NCBI GenBank assembly: GCA_027001995.1
Contig: JALTLO010000109.1
Coordinates: 1-50,654 of the forward strand
Direction of reading: 5' to 3'
DNA from: Planctomycetota bacterium
GTDB lineage: Bacteria; Planctomycetota; GCA-002687715; DRQF01
DNA length: 50,654 nucleotides
The position numbers were made by a program, and so were the translations under genes. Below the pieces are notes generated by a model. That model searched no databases. It was not told the DNA's origin and saw only the letters and a list, made by a program, of their open reading frames with translations. How positions within the stretch are numbered: position 1 is the first letter of the stretch; every line of letters starts with the position of its first letter. Below are positions 43,732-50,654 of the stretch, piece after piece.

Positions 43732-45837
43732 ATGAAAACAATATCAGTAGAAACGGAGCTAGGTGGCCGGACGTTACGTCTGGAAACCGGCTACCTGGCA
43801 AAGCAAGCAGCAGGCAGTGTTGTCGCCTCATTTGGCGAGACCAAAGCCTTCTCTTCCGTTTGCCATTCTGATCCTCGACCAGGATTAGACTTTTTTCCTC
43901 TCAGTGTGGACTACCGCGAAAAGCTGCAAGCTGCTGGCAAGTTCCCTGGAGGATTCATGAAACGGGAGGGACGTCCCAGCACCAAGGAAATCTTGACTTG
44001 CCGCTTGACCGATCGCCCCGTCCGCCCCATGTGGCCAGAAGGCTACAAAGATGAAATTCAAGTCTGCTCCTTTGTTGTGCAGATTGATCGGGAAAACGAT
44101 CCAGACATCGTTTCCATGAATGCTTCTTTTGCCGCCCTCCACATCGCTGACTTGCCATTCCAAGGTCCTATGGGCGCTGTGCGTGTCGGGCGATTCGAGG
44201 GCAAGCTTGTTGTCAACCCAACTGACGGTGAGCGGGCTGAGAGCGATCTTGAGATCATCTTCGCAGGAACTCGGGATGCCATCACCATGGTCGAAGGCAC
44301 CTGTGCTGAAATCAGTGAAGACGATTTCTTAAGCTGCATCGATTTTGCCCACAGTCACATCAAGACTATTTGTGGTTTGATGGACGACTTGCTCAAGAAA
44401 ACAGGCACTGTCAAGACGCCTCATGTGGCGAAAAATGCAGATCGTCATCCGATTTACGATCAAATCTTGAATACCGGCGAATATGATGAGCGCTTGCACA
44501 AGGCACTCATCACCGAAGGAAAGCATGAGCGCGGCGCCGCGGTCAAAGCAGTTCGCTCTGAAGTGATTAGTTCATTGGTTAATGCCGACGATGATGATGC
44601 TGCTGAAAAAACCAGCGCCATTAAAACGGCATGGCACGACCTCGAATCGAAGATTGTGCGCTCCATGATTTTGGAGGGCAAGCGTGTCGATGGCCGTGGT
44701 TTGAAGGACATCCGTCCCATCGAGATCATCGCTGGTTGGCAACCGCGCTTGCATGGATCTGCTGTCTTCACCCGAGGTGAAACACAGGCTTTGGTCGTTT
44801 GTACCTTGGGTACTCTGAAGGATCAGCAGATCGTGGACGGCTTGGCAGAAGAGTATTCCAAGAAGTTTGATTTCCAGTACAACTTCCCACCTTACTGCGT
44901 TGGTGAAGTCAAACCGATTCGGGGCGTCTCCCGCCGAGAAATTGGCCACGGCAACTTGGCTGAACGCGCTTTGATGGGTGTACTTCCTGAGCCGATCGAT
45001 TTTCCCTACACCATCCGCCTTATCTCTGACATTTTGGAAAGCAACGGCTCATCCTCGATGGCCAGCGTTTGCGGTGGCACCATCGCTATGATGGACGCTG
45101 GTGTTCCTTTGAAGCAACCAGTGGCTGGAATCGCCATGGGACTTCTCAAAGATGGCGACAAAGTTGCAGTCTTGAGTGACATCTTGGGATCGGAAGATCA
45201 TCATGGTGACATGGACTTCAAAGTCGCAGGCACCGGACGTGGTATCACTGCCGTACAAATGGACATCAAAATCAAAGGCGTCTCGAAAGAGATCATGGGG
45301 CAAGCTCTTGAGCAAGCCCGTGACGGCCGTCTTCACATCTTGAAGTGCATGATGAAGACCTTGGATCGTCCTGCTGGTGCCATTTCCGAATTTGCTCCCC
45401 GTTTGCTCCTGATGAAGGTGCCTGTGGAGAAAATTGGTTTGATCATCGGCCCTGGTGGTAAGAACATCAAGCGTATCCAGGAAGAGACCGGTGCGAAGGT
45501 TGAGATTGAAGACGATGGCTCCGTACACATCTCCGGCTTAGTTGCCGCAGGTGCAGAAGAAGCCCAACGTCAGATTCAGATGCTCATTGCTGAAGTTGAA
45601 ATTGGTGCGACCTACAATGCTCGCGTCGTTTCTGTCAAAGACTTTGGTTGTTTCGTTGAAATCTTGCCAGGTCAAGAAGGCTTGGTCCATGTCTCTGAGT
45701 TGTCTAACGAATTCGTCTCCAAAGTGAGCGATGTCGTTAAGGTCGGCGACTACATTGATGTCAAAGTGATCGCACGAGACGAGCAAGACCGCATCAAGCT
45801 GAGCCGCAAGGCTGTCTTGGAGCAAAAGAAAAACTAA
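43732..45837 (+). CDS. pnp: Polyribonucleotide nucleotidyltransferase (PNPase)
   Basis: DFFPLSVDY, PGGFMKREGRP, FTRGETQ, RREIGHG, ESNGSSSMAS, GDMDFKVAG, KH and S1 domains. Start is ATG 43732. Confidence 0.98.
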   Translation: MKTISVETELGGRTLRLETGYLAKQAAGSVVASFGETKAFSSVCHSDPRPGLDFFPLSVDYREKLQAAGKFPGGFMKREGRPSTKEILTCRLTDRPVRPMWPEGYKDEIQVCSFVVQIDRENDPDIVSMNASFAALHIADLPFQGPMGAVRVGRFEGKLVVNPTDGERAESDLEIIFAGTRDAITMVEGTCAEISEDDFLSCIDFAHSHIKTICGLMDDLLKKTGTVKTPHVAKNADRHPIYDQILNTGEYDERLHKALITEGKHERGAAVKAVRSEVISSLVNADDDDAAEKTSAIKTAWHDLESKIVRSMILEGKRVDGRGLKDIRPIEIIAGWQPRLHGSAVFTRGETQALVVCTLGTLKDQQIVDGLAEEYSKKFDFQYNFPPYCVGEVKPIRGVSRREIGHGNLAERALMGVLPEPIDFPYTIRLISDILESNGSSSMASVCGGTIAMMDAGVPLKQPVAGIAMGLLKDGDKVAVLSDILGSEDHHGDMDFKVAGTGRGITAVQMDIKIKGVSKEIMGQALEQARDGRLHILKCMMKTLDRPAGAISEFAPRLLLMKVPVEKIGLIIGPGGKNIKRIQEETGAKVEIEDDGSVHISGLVAAGAEEAQRQIQMLIAEVEIGATYNARVVSVKDFGCFVEILPGQEGLVHVSELSNEFVSKVSDVVKVGDYIDVKVIARDEQDRIKLSRKAVLEQKKN

Positions 45838-45903
45838 AGGAAACGCCCTTGGCCCAATTGGTCCGCGCAAGCACAAAACCAGTTGGGGTTAGATTATCGA
45901 GTT

Positions 45904-45942
45904 CGGGCGGCGCCGTTGATGATGGCGGCCGCCCGTTCTTTT
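45904..45942 (+). terminator. Terminator after pnp
   Basis: cgggcggc...gccgcccg followed by ttctttt. Confidence 0.7.
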
Positions 45943-45971
45943 GTCGCAACAGAGAATCGGAAACATAGCGC

Positions 45972-48314
45972 ATGGCTCAGGAAAACACTCCAACCCTAGC
46001 AGACCTTGAGGCCCAGATTCCCCATTGGGAGAAGATCAAAGATCTCATTGACCAATGCATCGACATCACTCTGAATCATCGTCAAAGTGGTCACCCAGGG
46101 GGAAGTCGCAGTAAGGTCTATCCGATGATCATGACCACCTTGTCTGGTGCCATGCGTTGGGACATTCGCCACCCAGAAAAACGTTTTGCAGATCGTTTTA
46201 TTTTGGTCGCTGGGCATACGAACCCTATGGTCTATGCCACCTTGGCTGTCTTCAATGAGGCTCTGCGAACACGCTACAAGAAGACCGGTGATGAGCGCTA
46301 CCTTGTTGCCAATGAAGCTGACTATGCTCTCTATCCTGAAGATCTTCTGACACTACGCCGCCGGGGTGGTTTACCGGGTCACGCGGAGATGGAAGGAAAG
46401 ACGCTGTTTTTCAAGTCCAACACCGGTCCAACAGGCCACGGTAGTCCTGTTGCCATGGGTCAGGCACTGGCTTTGAAACGGGCTGGCGCTGATGGGGTGA
46501 AGGTTTTCGCCTTCGAAGGCGAAGGGGGTCATACCGCTGGAGCTATCCACGAGACCAAGAACTCGGCTTGGGGCTTGGGCCTGGATAACTTGATTTTCGT
46601 TCTTGATTGGAATGACTACGGTATCGACAACCAAGCGGTTTCCGATGTTGTTCATGGTAACCCACAGACTTGGTTTGAGTCTTACGGTTGGAAGACCAAA
46701 GGTTCGCTCAAACTCGATGATTGGCAAGAGAAGGTTGGTGCTTTTCATGAAGTTGTCTGGGGCGATAGTGAGGGAGTCCCCCGTTGCTTCTGGTACAAAT
46801 CGAGAAAGGGCCGGGGTTATGGCATTTATGACAACAAGAGTCATGGCGCCGCCCATAAGCAAAATTCCGATGGCTACTGGGCTACGAAGAAAGAATTCGC
46901 TGACAAGTATGGCATCAGCTTTGAGGCGTTCGGGACTGGAGCTCCTATCTCCCCAGAAGAGGCTCGCCGCCAAGCCGCAGTCAATTTAGAAAAAGTGATG
47001 GATGTTCTTCGCAATGACGAAGAACTCTTGAACTACCTCTCAGACCGCTTGGTGTCTTTGGGTGATTCTGTTCCTGAAACTTTGGACTCGTTTAAGTTTC
47101 CAACTATGGAAAACCCATTGGCAGACCCGGCCGTTGTCGACTTCGAGTCTTTCCCGGAGGCTGTCTTTGCCAAGCCCGGAACCAAGTCGCCTAACCGTGC
47201 TGGTTTGGCGAGCTACGGTGCTTACGTGAACTCTTATTGCAAAGAGAAATACGGCAGGCCTTTGGTTCTTGCATGCGCCGCTGATTTGGCCGACTCAACC
47301 AACATCTCTGGCTTCAGCAAGGACTTCGAAGGCAAAAAGGGATTTGGTTGGTACGATCGCAACAAGAATGTTGACGGTGCCTTGCTTCCCCAAGAAATTA
47401 CTGAGTTCGCCAACTCCGGTTTGGTTTGTGGGTTGGCTGGGGTGAATCTGTCCGACAAGCCATTTGATAACTGGATTGGTTTCATCGGTGCATGTTCTAC
47501 CTACGGCTCATTTAGCTATCTCAAGTATGGACCCATGAGACTCTTCAGTCAGACGGTTCAAGACAGCCAAATCAAGATGGGCAAGGTTATTTGGGTGGCT
47601 GGGCATTCTGGTCCGGAAACGGCTGAAGACAGCCGAACTCACTTTGGCATTTTCTCCCCCGGTGTGACGCAGTTGTTTCCAGAAGGCCATGTGATCAACC
47701 TTCATCCCTACGATCACAACGAAGTGCCTGTCATGATTGCCGCCGCACTCAAGGAAGACTGTGCCATTATCGCCCTCCATCTGACTCGCCCGGGCATTGA
47801 AATCATGGATCGGAAGGCCATTGGCGTCCCTTCTTATACGGCAGCCGCCAAAGGGGCTTATGTCGCAAGAGACTTCAAAGAGGGTGAACCGAAGAAGGGC
47901 GTCGTTATTGTCCAGGGCACTAGCCCAACTATGGCCATGATGGAGATCCTTCGGGACGGCCAGCTTGACGCTGCTGGTCTGAACGTCAAGGTGATTTGTG
48001 CTCCCTCTTACGACCTCTTCATGCGCCAAACACAAGAGTATCGCGATGCGACATTGTCGGAAGCAGAATGGCAAGACGCCATGGTGGTGAGCAGTGGGGC
48101 GCGCTGTGTGATGGGCGATTGGATCCCGAACAAAATCTCTGCTGAATATGCTGTCACGCCTGACTATGATAATGAGTGGCGTACTGGTGGAAATTTGGAC
48201 GAGATCCTGGACGAATCTCACATGACGGCTCCTTGGATCATGAAGGGCATTCAACGTTTTGCTGATGACCAGAGTCAACGCCACGAACGAATGGGGGCCG
48301 GGTTGAGCAGCTAA
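45972..48314 (+). CDS. tkt: Transketolase family protein (divergent long form)
   Basis: SGHPGGS, DRFILVAGH, LPGHAE, NTGPTGHG, GEG...DWN ThDP motif, ADLADS, EDSRTH. Confidence 0.8.
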   Translation: MAQENTPTLADLEAQIPHWEKIKDLIDQCIDITLNHRQSGHPGGSRSKVYPMIMTTLSGAMRWDIRHPEKRFADRFILVAGHTNPMVYATLAVFNEALRTRYKKTGDERYLVANEADYALYPEDLLTLRRRGGLPGHAEMEGKTLFFKSNTGPTGHGSPVAMGQALALKRAGADGVKVFAFEGEGGHTAGAIHETKNSAWGLGLDNLIFVLDWNDYGIDNQAVSDVVHGNPQTWFESYGWKTKGSLKLDDWQEKVGAFHEVVWGDSEGVPRCFWYKSRKGRGYGIYDNKSHGAAHKQNSDGYWATKKEFADKYGISFEAFGTGAPISPEEARRQAAVNLEKVMDVLRNDEELLNYLSDRLVSLGDSVPETLDSFKFPTMENPLADPAVVDFESFPEAVFAKPGTKSPNRAGLASYGAYVNSYCKEKYGRPLVLACAADLADSTNISGFSKDFEGKKGFGWYDRNKNVDGALLPQEITEFANSGLVCGLAGVNLSDKPFDNWIGFIGACSTYGSFSYLKYGPMRLFSQTVQDSQIKMGKVIWVAGHSGPETAEDSRTHFGIFSPGVTQLFPEGHVINLHPYDHNEVPVMIAAALKEDCAIIALHLTRPGIEIMDRKAIGVPSYTAAAKGAYVARDFKEGEPKKGVVIVQGTSPTMAMMEILRDGQLDAAGLNVKVICAPSYDLFMRQTQEYRDATLSEAEWQDAMVVSSGARCVMGDWIPNKISAEYAVTPDYDNEWRTGGNLDEILDESHMTAPWIMKGIQRFADDQSQRHERMGAGLSS

Positions 48315-48341
48315 CCCCAGGGATTGAATTGAAATTGAAAT

Positions 48342-48380
48342 GGGCCAGCAAATTCTTGGGAATTCGCTGGCCCTTGTTCT
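48342..48380 (+). terminator. Terminator after transketolase
   Basis: gggccagc-aaattc-ttgg-gaattc-gctggccc followed by ttgttct. Confidence 0.65.
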
Positions 48381-48419
48381 GTAAAGTAGGTCGTTTTTCT
48401 TTTTTCGATTGGAGAGAGC

Positions 48420-48881
48420 CTAAGAAGTAAACGGATGGATATCGCCGGGGTTTCTCAGCATCTTGTTGACTTCATCCAAGTGTAACTCTTCTTGGACAAT
48501 CAATTCTCGGGAGTACTCTTCTAAGGTGACGGACTTGCCGTTTTCTGACAAAGACAGAAGTTCATAGTAAGCCCGCAAGACCTCCGTTTCATGCTGTAGG
48601 CTTTCTCGCAGAATGTCACCGATATCATGCTTTTCGGTTTCAAGGAGTTCCCCGATTCTGAGGGAAGGATGGCCACCTAAAAGTGTGACCAATTCTCCGG
48701 CGCGATGGGCGTGGACCAGTCCTTCCTCAGCGTTTCCTTTTAGCCAACTGACAATAGGAATGCGATTGTAGCCATAAACCATCAGTGAATAGTGGGTATA
48801 TCTGACGACACCTGCTAGTTCTGCTTCCATGATTCGATTGAGAACGGCAATGGCCGCTTCGGTTTCTTGTTTATTCATCAT
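48420..48881 (-). CDS. Bacterioferritin / ferritin-like diiron protein
   Basis: EAELAGVVRY, EEGLVHA, HE..V...Y, EELH ligand pattern; GGAGGA RBS. Confidence 0.8.
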   Translation of the reverse strand: MMNKQETEAAIAVLNRIMEAELAGVVRYTHYSLMVYGYNRIPIVSWLKGNAEEGLVHAHRAGELVTLLGGHPSLRIGELLETEKHDIGDILRESLQHETEVLRAYYELLSLSENGKSVTLEEYSRELIVQEELHLDEVNKMLRNPGDIHPFTS

Positions 48882-48976
48882 TTCTCATCTCCTCCAAGAT
48901 TCACATAGGGCGAAAAGGCTAACGTTCCGATTCAGCGGGGCCCGAGAGCCGAAGTATAACAATTTCTCCCACATTG

Positions 48977-48993
48977 TTGAGAGCGAGTCTCAG
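48977..48993. promoter_or_regulatory. Fur-box-like inverted repeat in a divergent promoter region
   Basis: TGAGA-gcgag-TCTCA between the ferritin-like gene and the chelatase/PepSY genes. Confidence 0.5.
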
Positions 48994-49065
48994 TTGCAGT
49001 ATGTTATTTCATGAAATCGGGCATTTCGCCCATTTGTGACTCCTTGTCTTCAAGAGGTTTGACTT

Positions 49066-50025
49066 ATGTCCCGTGTCTCCTTTCCAGCTCTTCTGCTCTT
49101 CAGTCTTGTTGTTTTGGCCATCATTTCATTGACCTTAGGGGATCCGAAGGAAGAAGTGCGCGCTGAATCTTCCGCCACGAGCACCTCCCAGAAGTTCGGC
49201 GTTCTCTTGGTGAGCCATGGTTCTCGGTCGGACAGGTGGCGCAAAATGTTGCGGGATGTCGAGGTGGCCACCAGGGATCGAATTCTCGCATCGAATGATG
49301 CCATCGTGGTGACCAAGACCGCATTCATGGAGTACACGGAACCTTCTATCGCAACGCGCATGAAAGAGTTTGATGCTGCGGGGATCTCTGATGTGATTGT
49401 TGTTCCCTTGTTGCTGACCGTCAGCTCACATTCTTTTGACGATATTCCCACCATTATGGGGCAACGCAGGGATGCGGTTGCCCTCGAAACTTTGAAGAGT
49501 GAAGGCATTGAAATCTATCACTCCAAGGCTCGGGTTCATTTCACTCCTCTTCTTGATTTTCCAGCGATGCTCAAGGACAACGTCGTACGCAGGGTGGAAG
49601 GCTTGAGTAAGGATCCGAAGAATGAGGGTGCTGTCTTAGTGGCATACGGCAGTCAGGCTTATGATGCTGAGTGGCGTTTGCTGTTGAATCGGCTGGGGGA
49701 CGTCCTGCGCTCCAAGAGTCAAATTATGGCGTCGGAATTCTCTTGGTGCGGTCATATTGTCGACTACGAGACCAAGCCGACGGAAGACGCAATCAAAGAA
49801 GTCCTGAAGACAAAAGAAACGGCCATTGTGATTCCCATCTTGGTAGCCGTGGATGAGATGTTTCAGCACAAGATCATTGGTGGTGCGGTAGAAAACGTGG
49901 GCCAGCCGGGTCGGATACGCTACTTACCAGATGCGATCTTGCCTGATCGGAGTTTGAACGACTGGGTTGTGGAAATTGTCAATGAAACTTTGGTCAAGGT
50001 CACGGGACCCGTGGAATCCAGATGA
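49066..50025 (+). CDS. CbiX/SirB-like class II chelatase-fold protein with an N-terminal signal or anchor
   Basis: LLVSHGSR, AFMEYTEPSI, VPLLL..SSH..DDIP; hydrophobic N-terminus. Confidence 0.75.
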   Translation: MSRVSFPALLLFSLVVLAIISLTLGDPKEEVRAESSATSTSQKFGVLLVSHGSRSDRWRKMLRDVEVATRDRILASNDAIVVTKTAFMEYTEPSIATRMKEFDAAGISDVIVVPLLLTVSSHSFDDIPTIMGQRRDAVALETLKSEGIEIYHSKARVHFTPLLDFPAMLKDNVVRRVEGLSKDPKNEGAVLVAYGSQAYDAEWRLLLNRLGDVLRSKSQIMASEFSWCGHIVDYETKPTEDAIKEVLKTKETAIVIPILVAVDEMFQHKIIGGAVENVGQPGRIRYLPDAILPDRSLNDWVVEIVNETLVKVTGPVESR

Positions 50026-50570
50026 AGTTCCGTAAGACAATTATCACTCTTCATCGCGACATCGGCTATTTCTTCGCTGGTATGATCGTTCTCTATGCTA
50101 TTTCAGGAATTGCGGTGAATCACATCGATGACTGGAACCCGAGTTTCATCATTCAACGAAAGCAGATCGATCTTGATCTGCCATCAGACCCGAGTGCCAT
50201 TACTCGAGAACATGTAGTCAAGAACTTGCGCCCTCTGGGAGAGGAAGGGAATTACAAGAGTTTCGATTTCCCCTCTTCACTGCGAGTGAAGATTTACTTG
50301 GAAGACGGCTCTGTTACAGGAATTCTGGGGACAGGGGTGGGAGAGTACGAAACGATCCGGCGAAGACCTATTTTCTTTGAAGCGAACTCCCTGCACATCC
50401 ACCCAAAAGGTTGGTGGCTGCTCTATTCTGATATCTTCGCCGGTGCGTTGATTTTCATCACTATAACGGGGGTGTGCATCCTTCCTGGTCGCAACGGTCT
50501 TGCTGGCCGGGGGAAGTGGCTCGTGGCCGCAGGGGTGGTTCTTCCCCTGCTGGCCGCCATTCAATTGTAG
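50022..50570 (+). CDS. PepSY-associated TM helix domain protein
   Basis: LHRDIGYFFAG....YAISGIAVNH..DWNP, NSLH, YSDIFA..LI...TG; ATGA overlap with the chelatase gene. Confidence 0.85.
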   Translation: MKFRKTIITLHRDIGYFFAGMIVLYAISGIAVNHIDDWNPSFIIQRKQIDLDLPSDPSAITREHVVKNLRPLGEEGNYKSFDFPSSLRVKIYLEDGSVTGILGTGVGEYETIRRRPIFFEANSLHIHPKGWWLLYSDIFAGALIFITITGVCILPGRNGLAGRGKWLVAAGVVLPLLAAIQL

Positions 50571-50654
50571 ATGGATCATGGATGCCAATGGTTTAGCGGA
50601 ACCCGCTTTTACTGTGGAAGATTAGCTCCCGTGCTTTCTCAAAAGAGAAGGGAG

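Noticed and set aside
50571..50654. Start of a further CDS at the window end
   Set aside because: Too short to judge; the purine-rich end may only be the RBS of a gene outside the window.

Overview
A gene-dense bacterial chromosomal window, most likely from an uncultured Planctomycetota lineage. This assignment is an inference from an ECF sigma factor fused to a long exported tail, the FG-GAP and carboxypeptidase-regulatory-like proteins, and the ThiC type. Most of the window is housekeeping: menG/ubiE, thiC, hutI, a hemolysin/CBS protein, recO-bamD-lptE, ftsH-folP-cdaA-cdaR-glmM, alr, an AsmA-like protein with manC and ruvX, rpsO-pnp, transketolase and an iron module. The strongest unannotated signal is a 68-codon YgaP/DUF2892-like membrane protein gene (32328-32534, minus strand) that the ORF track misses. 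It has an in-frame UGA at the family's conserved Cys position, followed immediately by a bacterial SECIS-like hairpin, so it is a probable selenoprotein. It ends a MerR-type operon whose MerR-GyrI regulator is itself split by a second in-frame UGA. Other hidden structure includes a small MITE-like repeat family (3 copies), a shared ECF promoter motif, an SD-sequestering hairpin before thiC with no TPP aptamer, a recurring TAAS-N17-YTTR intergenic motif, an orphan promoter-terminator unit, and a candidate secreted beta-pore-former. No rRNA, tRNA or CRISPR array was seen. All family calls come from motif recognition, not database searches.
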